A program made the translations under genes and the position numbers. DNA of 64,000 nucleotides. It comes from a phage. Where the stretch lies: the sequence record PZ386965.1. One strand, written 5' to 3'. How positions within the stretch are numbered: position 1 is the stretch's first letter; every line of letters starts with the position of its first letter. The notes under the pieces are model-generated. The model made no database searches. It was not told the origin of the DNA and saw only the letters and a list, made by a program, of their open reading frames with translations. This document shows positions 54,501-64,000 of this stretch, piece by piece.

Positions 54501-55459
54501 GGGGAAATGAATTTGGTGGTGGTTCAGATACAACACGTTCTACTGTATTTGAAGTTGGTGATGAAACGTCTAATCATTTTTATTCTCAACGTAATAAAGA
54601 TGGGAATATAGCGTTTAGCATTAATGGTACTGTAATGCCAATAAACATTAATGCTTCCGGCTTGATGAATGTGAATGGTGTTGCAACATTTGGTCGTTCA
54701 GTTACAGCCAATGGTGAATTCATTAGCAAGTCTGCAAATGCTTTCAGAGCAATTAGTGGTGATTACGGATTCTTTATTCGTAATGATGCTGCTAATACCT
54801 ATTTTATGCTCACTGCAGCTGGTGATCAGACCGGTGGATTTAATGGATTACGTCCTTTAGCTATTAATAATGCATCTGGTCAAGTAACGATTGGTGAAAG
54901 CTTAATCATTGCTAAAGGTGCTACTATAAATTCAGGTGGTTTAACTGTTAACTCGAGAATTCGTTCTCAGGGTTCTAAAACTGCTGATTTATACACTCGT
55001 GCTCCTACTGCTGATACAGTCGGATTCTGGTCAATCGATATTAACGATTCAGCCACTTATAATCAGTTCCCGGGTTATTTTAAAATGGTTGAAAAAACTA
55101 ATGAAGTGACTGGGCTTCCATACTTAGAACGTGGCGAAGAAGTTAAATCTCCTGGTACATTGACTCAGTTTGGTAATACACTTGATTCACTTTACCAAGA
55201 TTGGATTACTTATCCAACAACTCCAGAAGCACGTACAACCCGTTGGACACGTACATGGCAGAAAACCAAAAATTCTTGGTCAAGTTTTGTTCAAGTATTT
55301 GATGGTGGAAACCCTCCTCAACCTTCTGATATCGGTGCTTTACCTTCTGATAATGCAACAATCGGAAACTTGACAATAAGAGATTTCTTAAGGATTGGTA
55401 ATGTCCGCATTATTCCAGACCCTGTGAATAAATCTGTTAAATTCGAGTGGATTGAATAA
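51584..55459 (+). CDS. 34: long tail fiber proximal subunit gp34
   Basis: 1291 aa, highly similar to T4 gp34 along its length. Confidence 0.96.
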   Translation: MADIKRKFRAEDGLDAGGDKIVNVALADRTVGTDGVNVDFLVQENTVQVYDSTRGYNKGFVVLYDNRLYQAINDIVSPSGAFNLLQWRAVRTDAQWITVASGTYQLSSGESISVNTGAGNDMVFTLPNTPVDGDTVVLADIGGRTGTVKVQINASVQSILNFRGEQVRTVLMTRPRSQLLFVFSNRLWQMYITDYGKESITVTPASPYQAQANDFIVRRFTSAAPINITLPRNANNGDIISLVDLDRLNPLYHTIVKTFDDTTSIGEVGTHIAEGRNDSDAFFVFDAANSLWRIWEGDQKSRLRIIRADSNIRPNEEVLIFGTNNITTGTINLTLPSGILSGDTVKISMNYMRKGQTVKIKAAEGDTIASSVALLQFPKRSEYPPDAQWVSVTELEFNGTTSYVPVLELAYIEDTIAGTRYWVVQQNVPTVERVDAGTDATRARLGVIALATQEQANVDLENTPAKEVAITPETLANRTATEARRGIAKIATTAQVNQNSTAAFVDDTIVTPKKLNERTATETRRGLAEIATQVETDAGLDDTTIITPKKLQARQGSETLSGIVKYVSTTSATPAETRGAAGTNVYNKTVNNLTISPKALDQYKATYAQQGAVILAVDSEVIAGQSQAGYSHAVVTPETLHKKTSTDGRIGLIEIATQAETNAGTDYTRAVTPKTLNDRKATEGLSGIAEIATQVEFDTGTDDTRISTPLKIKTHFDSSDRTSVNSDSGLIEEGTLWNHYTLDISKANETQRGTLRVATQAESNAGTLDDVLITPKKLLGTKSTETSEGVIKVATQAETVTGTSANTAVSPKNLKWIVQNEPTWAATTAIRGFVKTSSGSITFVGNDTVGSTQPLESYEKNSYAISPYELNRVLANYLPLKAKAADANLLDGLDSSQFIRRDIAQTVNGSLTLTQQTNLSAPLVSSSTATFGGSVSANSTLTISNSGTATRLIFEKGPQTGTNPAQTMTIRVWGNEFGGGSDTTRSTVFEVGDETSNHFYSQRNKDGNIAFSINGTVMPININASGLMNVNGVATFGRSVTANGEFISKSANAFRAISGDYGFFIRNDAANTYFMLTAAGDQTGGFNGLRPLAINNASGQVTIGESLIIAKGATINSGGLTVNSRIRSQGSKTADLYTRAPTADTVGFWSIDINDSATYNQFPGYFKMVEKTNEVTGLPYLERGEEVKSPGTLTQFGNTLDSLYQDWITYPTTPEARTTRWTRTWQKTKNSWSSFVQVFDGGNPPQPSDIGALPSDNATIGNLTIRDFLRIGNVRIIPDPVNKSVKFEWIE

Positions 55460-55467
55460 GAGGTATT

Positions 55468-56595
55468 ATGGAAAAATTTATGGCTAAGTTTGGACAAGGA
55501 TACGTCCAAACGCCATTTTTATCGGAAAGCAATTCAGTACGATTTAAATTAAGCATAGCGGGCTCTTGTCCGCTATCAACATCTCCTGCTTATATTAAGT
55601 TCCAAGATAATCCACTTGGGTCCCAGGTTTTTTCCGTTGGATTAAACGTTCGTGTAATAAATCCTACAACAGGTGCAGTAGTTGAATCTAAGACATATAA
55701 TTTCTCTACTGAAAACGACGCCACGTCAAGTGCATTTGTTACTTTCATGGACGCGTATGCTTCAAATTTTATATTTGCTCTTGTTACTAACGCTAAAACA
55801 AACTTTCCACCTGAAGTTCTTGCATGGTTTACTAAAGCTGGGAGTTCTGCTATTCCATTAGCTCAACAAGTTTTAAATATAGTGGACATTTCTTATTCTG
55901 CATTTTATATTTCTGGTAAGAATGCTATAGCACTAGAACATATTAAGTATAGTAATAAGAAAACTTCAACCGACTATAGTACACCACTTGATGTTGTGTA
56001 CGACACGATCGATGATATTGGTGCTACCGGCTTCCCTAGACGTACGTACGAATCGACAGACACATTTTTATCTGCTGTTGGAGGTACTAATAATGAAATT
56101 AAAAGGATGCCTACAACATCCATTATTACGCCTCTCGCTGGGTATAAATTGAAGCCTGGAGATTTCCTTTATATGAAATTCCAACTAATGGCCGATGCTG
56201 ATTTGTTAGCACAAGGGACGACACGACTTTCTATTCGTTTCTTTAAATCTCCTTCTACTTCACCTATTTCATTTAAAGATATAAACTTTGATGGGAGCGC
56301 AGGTGAATGGAAGATATATGAAGACTACATAGAAATTCCTGCTGGTGCTGACGGGTTCACGATTTATTGTTATCGTACAGCTCCAGTCGGCCAAGGTGGA
56401 TTAAGAAACGTTATATTCACTGAAGTATCATGTAATGGAAGCGTTTCAAAACCGGCTGAGTTTGGTATAAATGGTATTCGTGTAAATTATGTTTCAGAAT
56501 CTTTAAGTACCCCAGACATAATGACATTACCTACTCAATCTTCAACTGATACTGGTAAGGTATTTGGTCAAGAATTTAAAGAAGCATCAGAATAA
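55468..56595 (+). CDS. 35: long tail fiber hinge protein gp35
   Basis: 375 aa, T4 gp35 size and position. Confidence 0.9.
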   Translation: MEKFMAKFGQGYVQTPFLSESNSVRFKLSIAGSCPLSTSPAYIKFQDNPLGSQVFSVGLNVRVINPTTGAVVESKTYNFSTENDATSSAFVTFMDAYASNFIFALVTNAKTNFPPEVLAWFTKAGSSAIPLAQQVLNIVDISYSAFYISGKNAIALEHIKYSNKKTSTDYSTPLDVVYDTIDDIGATGFPRRTYESTDTFLSAVGGTNNEIKRMPTTSIITPLAGYKLKPGDFLYMKFQLMADADLLAQGTTRLSIRFFKSPSTSPISFKDINFDGSAGEWKIYEDYIEIPAGADGFTIYCYRTAPVGQGGLRNVIFTEVSCNGSVSKPAEFGINGIRVNYVSESLSTPDIMTLPTQSSTDTGKVFGQEFKEASE

Positions 56596-56600
56596 ATTTA

Positions 56601-56624
56601 GGGAGACTTCGGTCTCCCATTTTT
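56601..56624 (+). terminator. terminator after gene 35
   Basis: GGGAGAC-TTCG-GTCTCCC followed by TTTTT. Confidence 0.75.
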
Positions 56625-56625
56625 G

Positions 56626-56633
56626 TATAAATA
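56626..56633 (+). promoter_or_regulatory. T4 late promoter for gene 36
   Basis: TATAAATA after the gene 35 terminator. Confidence 0.7.
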
Positions 56634-56657
56634 TGGTATACATATAAGGAGACAACT

Positions 56658-57320
56658 ATGGCCGATTTAAAAGCTGGTAGTACAACTGGCGGTGCCGTTA
56701 TATGGCATCAAGGTAATTTCCCTTTAATGCCAGCAGGTGATGACGTCCTGTATAAAACGTTTAAACTCTATTCAGAATATAATAAACCACAAGCGGCTGA
56801 TAATGATTTCGTTTCTAAAGCTAACGGTGGTACTTATGCCGCGACCGTTCGATTTAATGGAGGAGTACATGTTCCTACTATAGGTAGTAGTCAACAGTGC
56901 GGTGTTTATCCAGGTAACGGTGATGCTGCTACTTTTGATACAGCAAATATTGATATTGTTTCATGGTATGGCATTGGTTTTAAATCATCACAAGGATCTG
57001 CAGGTAGAACTGTTGTTGTTAACACTCGTACTGGTGATATCAGCACTAAAGGTGGTATTTATGCAACTGGTCCTGTCCGTTCTAACGCTACTGCTCCGGT
57101 TGCAGCAAATGACCTTACTAGAAAGGACTATGTTGATGGACGAATAAATATTGTTACGGATAACGCAAATTCCCGTGTATTGCGTAAAGGCGATACCATG
57201 ACTGGTACTTTAACAGCACCAAACTTTTTCTCACAGAATCCGGCGTCTGAGGCTAATCATGTTCCTCGTTTCGACCAGATTGTAATTAAAGATTCTGTTC
57301 AAGATTTCGGCTATTATTAA
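56658..57320 (+). CDS. 36: long tail fiber distal small subunit gp36
   Basis: 220 aa, T4 gp36 size. Confidence 0.9.
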   Translation: MADLKAGSTTGGAVIWHQGNFPLMPAGDDVLYKTFKLYSEYNKPQAADNDFVSKANGGTYAATVRFNGGVHVPTIGSSQQCGVYPGNGDAATFDTANIDIVSWYGIGFKSSQGSAGRTVVVNTRTGDISTKGGIYATGPVRSNATAPVAANDLTRKDYVDGRINIVTDNANSRVLRKGDTMTGTLTAPNFFSQNPASEANHVPRFDQIVIKDSVQDFGYY

Positions 57321-57328
57321 GAGGACTT

Positions 57329-60300
57329 ATGGCTACATTAAAACAGATACAATTTAAAAGAAGCAAAGTGGCAGGAGTTAATCCTACTGCAGCACAATTA
57401 GCCGAAGGCGAATTAGCGATAAACTTAAAAGATCGAACTCTTTTTACTAAAGATGACCTCGGTAATATTATTAGCCTAGGCTTTGCTAAGGGCGGGGATA
57501 TTAACGGTAATGTAACTCAAACTGGCGATTATTTACAAAACGGCACGTATAATCTCAATGGAAATCAGTTTGTTTATGCAGGAAAATACATTGAATTTTT
57601 ACCTAAAACCACTGGAAATGGCGCTTGGGCTAACCAACATTCGAATAAAGCCCCTATCTTTACAGATTTAAGTTCAACTACTTCTGTTTCAGAATACCAT
57701 CCACTGATTAAACAACGCTATAAAGATGGAACTTTTTCTGCTGGTACATTAGTAAACGAAGGTAGTTTTAAATTCCATTATATTGATGAAACCGGGTCTT
57801 CAAAATACTGGACTTTTAATCGAAACGGTAATTTTCAAGTTGATTCCGGAAGTTTATTAGTATCTAATGGATATTTAGTTACTCAAAGTAATATTGAAAC
57901 TAAAGCTGGTTCTTTAATTGGTCCTAAAGTTATTACCAAAAATATCAATGTGAGCACTAAATCTTGGGACACTAATATTGATACTGCATATGATTTAGTT
58001 TCATTACCGACTTGGCACTATACTCCAACCGAAACGGATTTGGATACTAATGGTGTAAACTACCTTCGTAAATTCCGCGGACATGTTTCTTCTGCTATTT
58101 TCCATGAAGTTGCCGATGCTCGTTCAGGTAAACCACAGAATATTTCGTATTGGACGGGACGTAATGCTGAAGTTTATCAATGGTCTTATACCACAGATGG
58201 GCGTATGTCTGTTGCTAATTCGATAGGTATAGGTCTTGCTGATGTTGGTAACCAAGGACGTTATCCATTGGTTTCGTTTGGTAAAGGTATTGCAATTGGT
58301 GACAATGATACTGGTATTAAATGGGTTCGTGACGGGGTTATCGATTTAGTTGCGAATGGTATTTCTGCCGGCACTATTCTTAATAACGGTATTAACAGTA
58401 CTAAAAAATTGATGGTTGGTTATAGTCGAGATTCTGGTTCTACTTGGGATTACCCAAATAACAACCAAGCAATGTTTACTGCGCGTACCGATGTTGATGG
58501 TAATAATAGCGGTGACGGTCAGACTCATATTGGTTATAGCAGCAATGCCAAGATGTATCACTATTTCCGTGGCACTGGTCGTATGACCGTTAGTATGGGT
58601 GATGGGCTTCTTGTTGAGCCTGGCATTTTAGATATTAAAACTGGTTCAAATTCGTTAAATTTGCGTGCTGATGGTACCATCGCTTCTGTTCAAACGTTAA
58701 AACTTAATAATGGATTATATTTTAATGGTGATGGAACTAATGCTTCTCTAGTTTTTAAAGCGGCTTCAGGTATTGATGGCACCAAACAAATCCTTTGGGA
58801 AGGCGGCACTCGAGCAGGCCAGAATAAGAGTTATGTAACTGTTAAAGCATGGGGTAATGCCTTTAACGCATCTGGCGATAAATCTCGTGAAACCGTATTT
58901 GAAGTCTCTGATGGACAAGGTTGGTATTTCTACACTCAACGCCTGGCTCCAACTGATTCTGGAACCATAGGTCGTGTTACAACTTACTTCAATGGTGAGC
59001 TTCGTTCTAAAGGAAACCTAATAAGCGAAGGAATTCTTGAAGTTGATGGAACAAGCACACTAGCCGGTAATGTTACTATGTCTAACGGTTTGTTTGTTCA
59101 AGGTGGTTCTTCTATTACTGGACAAGTTAAAATCGGCGGAACGTTCGATGCATTAAGAATTTGGAACGCTGAATATGGTGCTATTTTCCGTCGTTCAGAG
59201 GCGGCATTGCATATTATCCCGACTCCTAAAGATGCTGGAGAATCAGGTGGAATAAGCAATCTCCGTCCATTAAGTATTAGTCTTAATAATGGTATGGTAC
59301 AAATGCGCCATTCTGTCACGTTAGGCGATGATGGCGCTGGCGGTAATATGATTACTGTGGACAATGATAACAAACTTGTTGTTGTTACTAGTCATAGTCG
59401 TATTTCTCCTAATTACCGTATGCAGGTAGGACAAGCAGCTTATATTGATGCTGAATGTACTGACACCGTTCGCCCGGCTGGTGCAGGGTCTTTTGCTTCA
59501 CAAAATAATGAAAACGTTCGTGCTCCGTTCTATATGAATATTAATCGCACAGATACAAGTACTTACGTTCCTATTTTAAAACAACGTTATGTTCAAGGAA
59601 ATAGCTGTTATTCTTTAGGTACTTTAATAAATGGCGGTAACTTCAGAGTTCATTATCATGAAGGTGGAGACGGAAGTTCAACAGGCGCAACTATAAAAGA
59701 TTTAGGATGGGAATTTACACGTTCTGGTGATTTTATATCTCCTAAGCGCATTTCTGCTGGGGGTTCAGTTTATTTAGGTACAGACGGTAACATTACTGGT
59801 GGTTCTGGTAATTTTGCCAACTTAAATAGTACAATTGAATCACTTAAAACTGATATTGTCTCAAGTTATCCAATTGGTGCTCCGATTCCTTGGCCTACTG
59901 ATACACCTCCTGAAGGCTATGCCATAATGGAAGGTCAAACATTTGATGCTGACTTGTATCCTAAGTTAGCTGCAGTGTATCCTTCCGGCGCTCTGCCTGA
60001 TATGCGTGGTCAGACGATTAAAGGTAAACCATCTGGGCGTGCTGTATTAAGTACAGAAGCAGACGGTGTTAAGTCACATAGCCATAGTGCAAGTGCATCA
60101 AGCACAGATTTGGGTACTAAGACCACTTCTAGTTTTGATTACGGTAGCAAAACGACTTCAAGCTTTGATTATGGTACTAAGACCAGTAATACCACTGGCA
60201 ACCATAACCATACAGTGAGTGGTAATACTAGTTCCGCTGGTGCGCACCAACACGCGCGTTCAGGTCCTCAGGTACAAGGCGGCATACCCACTAGCGTATT

Positions 60301-60622
60301 CTATGATGGATACAATAGTGCGGGTCCAAACGGTAACGCTAAATTCACTGCAACCGTGAGTGGTGCTACCGCATCGTCGAATATGGCCAAAACTTCTTCA
60401 GACGGTGCCCACACCCATAGTTGGTCAGGAACTACTAGCGCTACGGGTAACCATGCTCATACTGTCGGTATTGGTGCTCACACCCATTCGGTAGGTATTG
60501 GTGCTCATTCTCATACTGTTGCAATTGGTTCCCACGGACATACAATAACTGTAAATGCCACAGGAAATACAGAAAACACAGTTAAAAACGTTGCTTTTAA
60601 CTATATCGTTCGTTTAGCATAA
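57329..60622 (+). CDS. 37: long tail fiber distal subunit gp37 (receptor-binding)
   Basis: 1097 aa; C-terminal His-x-His repeats (GAHTHS, GAHSHT, GSHGHT) as in the T4 gp37 tip. Confidence 0.93.
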   Translation: MATLKQIQFKRSKVAGVNPTAAQLAEGELAINLKDRTLFTKDDLGNIISLGFAKGGDINGNVTQTGDYLQNGTYNLNGNQFVYAGKYIEFLPKTTGNGAWANQHSNKAPIFTDLSSTTSVSEYHPLIKQRYKDGTFSAGTLVNEGSFKFHYIDETGSSKYWTFNRNGNFQVDSGSLLVSNGYLVTQSNIETKAGSLIGPKVITKNINVSTKSWDTNIDTAYDLVSLPTWHYTPTETDLDTNGVNYLRKFRGHVSSAIFHEVADARSGKPQNISYWTGRNAEVYQWSYTTDGRMSVANSIGIGLADVGNQGRYPLVSFGKGIAIGDNDTGIKWVRDGVIDLVANGISAGTILNNGINSTKKLMVGYSRDSGSTWDYPNNNQAMFTARTDVDGNNSGDGQTHIGYSSNAKMYHYFRGTGRMTVSMGDGLLVEPGILDIKTGSNSLNLRADGTIASVQTLKLNNGLYFNGDGTNASLVFKAASGIDGTKQILWEGGTRAGQNKSYVTVKAWGNAFNASGDKSRETVFEVSDGQGWYFYTQRLAPTDSGTIGRVTTYFNGELRSKGNLISEGILEVDGTSTLAGNVTMSNGLFVQGGSSITGQVKIGGTFDALRIWNAEYGAIFRRSEAALHIIPTPKDAGESGGISNLRPLSISLNNGMVQMRHSVTLGDDGAGGNMITVDNDNKLVVVTSHSRISPNYRMQVGQAAYIDAECTDTVRPAGAGSFASQNNENVRAPFYMNINRTDTSTYVPILKQRYVQGNSCYSLGTLINGGNFRVHYHEGGDGSSTGATIKDLGWEFTRSGDFISPKRISAGGSVYLGTDGNITGGSGNFANLNSTIESLKTDIVSSYPIGAPIPWPTDTPPEGYAIMEGQTFDADLYPKLAAVYPSGALPDMRGQTIKGKPSGRAVLSTEADGVKSHSHSASASSTDLGTKTTSSFDYGSKTTSSFDYGTKTSNTTGNHNHTVSGNTSSAGAHQHARSGPQVQGGIPTSVFYDGYNSAGPNGNAKFTATVSGATASSNMAKTSSDGAHTHSWSGTTSATGNHAHTVGIGAHTHSVGIGAHSHTVAIGSHGHTITVNATGNTENTVKNVAFNYIVRLA

Positions 60623-60627
60623 GGAGA

Positions 60628-60648
60628 AGGGACTTCGGTCCCTTTTTA
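60628..60648 (+). terminator. terminator after gene 37
   Basis: AGGGAC-TTCG-GTCCCT followed by TTTTT. Confidence 0.75.
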
Positions 60649-60652
60649 TAAT

Positions 60653-61204
60653 ATGAAACTCTATCACTATTATTTTGACACTAAAGAATTTTACAAAGAA
60701 GAAAATTATAAACCATTAAAAGGCGTAGGATTTCCGGCTCATTCGACACCAAAAAAACCTTTAGACCCTAAAGAAGGCTATGCTGTTATATTTGACGAAC
60801 GCGAGCAAGAATGGGTATATGTTGAAGACCATCGCGGAAAAACAGTATGGACATATGATAAGCAAAAAATTGTTATTGACACTCCAGGTGCTCTTCAAAA
60901 TGTCACTACAGAAGAACCAGGTGAATTTGACCTTTGGACTGACGACGGGTGGAAGGAAGATGAAGCGTATAAGCGGGTAGTTCAACGTGATAAGAAAATT
61001 CATGAACTCTATAAATTATTCAGTGTTTTAAGTTCTCTTATTGATGCAGAGGTTGCTAATAGAGAAGAAAAACGAAAATTTAAAGAGCTCAAAAAATTCT
61101 TTGCCCTTTTAGAAAAACATGAACATCTTGGCGGCGAATTCCCTAAATTCCCTGACCTTGAAAACAAATCTATTATCAAAGCGATTATAAATATCTTTAA
61201 GTAA
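60653..61204 (+). CDS. 38: tail fiber assembly chaperone gp38 (T4-type)
   Basis: 183 aa; N-terminus near-identical to T4 gp38. Confidence 0.9.
   Translation: MKLYHYYFDTKEFYKEENYKPLKGVGFPAHSTPKKPLDPKEGYAVIFDEREQEWVYVEDHRGKTVWTYDKQKIVIDTPGALQNVTTEEPGEFDLWTDDGWKEDEAYKRVVQRDKKIHELYKLFSVLSSLIDAEVANREEKRKFKELKKFFALLEKHEHLGGEFPKFPDLENKSIIKAIINIFK
61186..61193 (+). promoter_or_regulatory. late promoter for holin t
   Basis: TATAAATA inside the 3-prime end of gene 38. Confidence 0.55.
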
Positions 61205-61213
61205 GGAGGTATT

Positions 61214-61873
61214 ATGGCAACACCAAAAGTATCATTTTCGCTTAGTGATATTCTATTTGGGTTGCTAGATCGTATTTTCAAAGATAACGCTACTGGAAAG
61301 GTTTTAATGTCCCGAGTAGCGGTAATTATTCTTTTGTTCCTAATGGCACTAATATGGTACAAAGGAAGTATTTTGCTGGATTATTATGTAAGAGCTAAGT
61401 ATGATACTTATACTGAAATAATCCAAAAAGAACGAGCTTTACGTTTTGAATCTGCGGCTCTAGAACAACTGCAAATAGTTCATATCTCATCTGGTGCAGA
61501 TTTTAGTGCTGTGTATTCTTTCAGACCTAAAAACTTAAATTATTTTGTCGACCTTATAGCTTATGAAGGCAAACTACCTAGCACAATTTCTGAAAAGTCC
61601 CTTGGCGGATTCCCAGTGGATAAAACGGCCAATGAATATATAATTCATTTAAGTGGCCGTCATTTCTCATCTAAATCAGAATTTGCATTTTTGCCTACAA
61701 AATCTAAGACTGCCGAACTTTCTTATATGTATAGTTGTCCATACTTTAATTTGGATAACATCTACGCTGGAACTGTGACGATGTATTGGTATAAGGGGAG
61801 TAATATACTTGAGGAAGATCGCTTAGCAGCTATATGCAACCAAGCGGTCCGAATACTAGGAAGGGCTAAATAA
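61214..61873 (+). CDS. t: holin t
   Basis: 219 aa, strong match to T4 holin T. Confidence 0.95.
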   Translation: MATPKVSFSLSDILFGLLDRIFKDNATGKVLMSRVAVIILLFLMALIWYKGSILLDYYVRAKYDTYTEIIQKERALRFESAALEQLQIVHISSGADFSAVYSFRPKNLNYFVDLIAYEGKLPSTISEKSLGGFPVDKTANEYIIHLSGRHFSSKSEFAFLPTKSKTAELSYMYSCPYFNLDNIYAGTVTMYWYKGSNILEEDRLAAICNQAVRILGRAK

Positions 61874-62146
61874 TTAGTTGTTAGAATACATCGCTAAATG
61901 ACGATAAATATTTTCAAAACCTTCATTGAATTCACTAATCAGTGTTTTCTTTTCTTCGGCAGTTAAATTTGTAATTAGTTTTCTGAACGAATTCTGATTT
62001 AGCTGCCGACCATCTTTTTTAATTCCAATCTCATTCAAGAATCCGATGAAACTTGCTCGGTCTTCAACAATATCTTCCCTAGAGAATTTAATCAAAATAG
62101 AAGCAATAGTAATAATTTCACGTACGATTTCAATGTCTTTATTCAT
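61874..62146 (-). CDS. asiA: AsiA anti-sigma-70
   Basis: 90 aa, near-identical to T4 AsiA. Confidence 0.95.
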   Translation of the reverse strand: MNKDIEIVREIITIASILIKFSREDIVEDRASFIGFLNEIGIKKDGRQLNQNSFRKLITNLTAEEKKTLISEFNEGFENIYRHLAMYSNN

Positions 62147-62192
62147 AACGTTTTATTCATTCCACTTGGTTGATATGGATATAGTACCATTA

Positions 62193-62408
62193 TCAGTGTT
62201 GATTGTAAACGGCTTTTTCTACGCTTTTAACATAATCAATGTAGTCTTCCTGTTCGTACGAGTGTAAGGCTAAGAACGGAGCTAATAGTTCATTATAGAC
62301 TAAAGCCTCACGCTCACGTTCGGCCTCTACTACGTTCTGAAGATTATGACTCATATTGTTCCTTATAACTATCAATGTAGTCCTGTATGTCGAAGAATGA
62401 CATTTCAT
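62193..62408 (-). CDS. hypothetical protein
   Basis: 71-aa track ORF; an alternative internal ATG at 62354 would give 53 aa. Confidence 0.4.
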   Translation of the reverse strand: MKCHSSTYRTTLIVIRNNMSHNLQNVVEAEREREALVYNELLAPFLALHSYEQEDYIDYVKSVEKAVYNQH

Positions 62409-62643
62409 ATTCTAGGGCATTAAGAGCCCGTTCTTCAGTATAGTCAGAACCAAAGACGATAGTGATTTCACCAGGCTTCATGTGATTGAAATCGACACTA
62501 AAAGGAATACGAGAACATACTTCGTCTTCCATATCTACGATAACACTACGACACACTTCTCGGTTAACCTGATAAAGCTCTGCAAGTTCTTCACAACGAA
62601 TAACAAGTTCAGTGGCAGGATTTTCTTTGATTTTAGTAAGCAT
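62344..62643 (-). CDS. hypothetical acidic protein (possible Arn-like)
   Basis: 99 aa with acidic C-terminus at the position where T4 has arn; assignment by position only. Confidence 0.45.
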   Translation of the reverse strand: MLTKIKENPATELVIRCEELAELYQVNREVCRSVIVDMEDEVCSRIPFSVDFNHMKPGEITIVFGSDYTEERALNALEYEMSFFDIQDYIDSYKEQYES

Positions 62644-62717
62644 AGTCTTTACCCTTATGTTTTTGTTTGCGTTTAGATTGAAGTTCTGATTTCTTCTTGT
62701 CCTTATGGACAGAAGCC

Positions 62718-62945
62718 TTATTGAAATCGTGTTTTGCTACAAGATTGTTCATAATGATTTATAACCTCATTTAAACATTTGTCTGTGAAAGAAAACTTTT
62801 TAGCCACAGAACATTCTATAATGTGCTCTTTCAAATCTTTAGAGTCAGTATATCCCATCTCAGTAATAAAATGGCGAATTAAAGCTTTATTCTTATCATT
62901 AACCGAATTAAAATAATCTGCTTTAGAATCAATTATTCTCATCAT
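62718..62945 (-). CDS. hypothetical protein (75 aa)
   Basis: ATG start. Confidence 0.5.
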   Translation of the reverse strand: MMRIIDSKADYFNSVNDKNKALIRHFITEMGYTDSKDLKEHIIECSVAKKFSFTDKCLNEVINHYEQSCSKTRFQ

Positions 62946-63210
62946 CTAATTTCCTTAATTGATATTGCAACGAGCTAATAATTTCTTCGTTCATTTTAAT
63001 ATACATGTCGCGCAAGAAAGGTTTTAACCCATCACGAATAATTGCTAACGTATCACCTTTACATAAATTAACCAAATAAGGATGGTCTAAAGCATCCCAA
63101 CCAGGCTGATTAGCATACATACCATAATTTTCTTCCATCATAACATTCAGGCGTTTGATATGATTAATGTGGGCTTCAATAGCATCAATCTGGAGTTGTT
63201 TAAGATTCAT
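62929..63210 (-). CDS. hypothetical protein (93 aa)
   Basis: ATG start. Confidence 0.5.
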   Translation of the reverse strand: MNLKQLQIDAIEAHINHIKRLNVMMEENYGMYANQPGWDALDHPYLVNLCKGDTLAIIRDGLKPFLRDMYIKMNEEIISSLQYQLRKLDDENN

Positions 63211-63671
63211 TAGTAAAGGTCCTCAGAGTAAAGTTCTTTTTCATTACCACCACGTTCAATACGTACTTGTCCAGCGTAAGTTGCAATAATCATTGCTTCT
63301 TCACGTGTCCAATAATTACTATATTGGTCAATAAACCCTTGGTCATCATCACAAACTTGTTGAGTAACTAATTGAGGTTTAACTACATCTAAAACTTCTG
63401 CCATATCTTTAGAATAATGACGAGCACCTGGAATAATAAGAGTTCGTCCATCTTTTAATTTAAAACGGTTGGCTGCGCAGACAATTCGTCGTTGATACTT
63501 TTGGTTTTCATCCCAATACAGAGTCTGCCAACAGATTTCAGGAACTTCGTCTAAAACATTTTGTTCTGTATATTCACCACCGTAAGAAGCTAATTTAGCA
63601 GCCAGACTTTCCGGAGTCTCACGCGACAAAGCTTTATCTAACAGAGCTAAACGTTCTTTAAAAGTTTTCAT
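63210..63671 (-). CDS. hypothetical protein (153 aa)
   Basis: ATG start, coupled to the upstream ORF. Confidence 0.55.
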   Translation of the reverse strand: MKTFKERLALLDKALSRETPESLAAKLASYGGEYTEQNVLDEVPEICWQTLYWDENQKYQRRIVCAANRFKLKDGRTLIIPGARHYSKDMAEVLDVVKPQLVTQQVCDDDQGFIDQYSNYWTREEAMIIATYAGQVRIERGGNEKELYSEDLY

Positions 63672-63997
63672 TTAAACCATCCTTTAATACGTTGCCAAAT
63701 AGATTTTTGTGCTTGTTTATTTACACCAATCGAACGAATAACCGGTTGTGACTGCTGATATTCTTTATAATCTTCTTTATAGATTTCGTAAGCTGCATCA
63801 ACAAATGAACTGATCGCTGCCATGTAGTTTTTACGAAGGCCAAATGGCGCGTCATTATTTTCACGAATAACCGTATATTGGCCTGCTTTAATCTTTACAA
63901 TTGTCCCTAAATAAGCCCCGTGGTACCAAATATCCCATCCTTCCTGAGTAGGTTCTGCACATTTACGAAGTTCGTTAATAATATTCAGCTTATTCAT
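63668..63997 (-). CDS. hypothetical protein (109 aa)
   Basis: ATG start near the window edge. Confidence 0.5.
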   Translation of the reverse strand: MNKLNIINELRKCAEPTQEGWDIWYHGAYLGTIVKIKAGQYTVIRENNDAPFGLRKNYMAAISSFVDAAYEIYKEDYKEYQQSQPVIRSIGVNKQAQKSIWQRIKGWFK

Positions 63998-64000
63998 TAT

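Overview
This window is a contiguous segment of a T4-like (T-even, Tequatrovirus-type) myovirus genome, AT-rich and densely coded, with gene order and protein lengths almost collinear with phage T4. Left to right: late structural genes on the + strand (terminase gp17, tail sheath/tube gp18/gp19, portal gp20, prohead core gp67/gp68, protease gp21, scaffold gp22, major capsid gp23, vertex gp24); a minus-strand block (RNA ligase 2, hoc, inh); uvsW; the uvsY-gp25-gp26 block; baseplate hub genes gp51-27-28-29-48-54; a long minus-strand early/middle region (alt, DNA ligase gp30, 30.x-type small genes, rIII, gp31, dCMP deaminase, pseT, alc, RNA ligase 1, endonuclease II, nrdB, nrdA, td, frd, gp32, gp59, gp33, dsbA, RNase H); long tail fiber genes gp34-35-36-37-38; holin t; asiA and small early ORFs. 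Regulation is T4-like: TATAAATA late promoters ahead of late genes, GTTTAC/TACTAT early promoters ahead of minus-strand early genes, MotA-box middle promoters, and UUCG-loop terminator hairpins. Departures from T4 that deserve attention: an AroG-type DAHP synthase inserted beside cd; a tandem Ig-domain duplication in Hoc; a degenerate GIY-YIG (seg-like) endonuclease remnant between genes 23 and 24; intron-less td and nrdB; a roughly 300-nt ORF-free region downstream of rIII; a longer gp37 with internal repeats; and a set of individually promoted small early ORFs of unknown function near the alt/NADAR/HAD module. No tRNA, CRISPR array or integrase was seen. All identifications come from reading the translations against remembered T4 protein sequences and motifs; no database search was run. 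CDS coordinates follow the supplied ORF track (stop codon included), with starts moved to an internal ATG where the track ORF began at GTG/TTG. Hand-derived coordinates for promoters and hairpins may be off by 1-2 nt.
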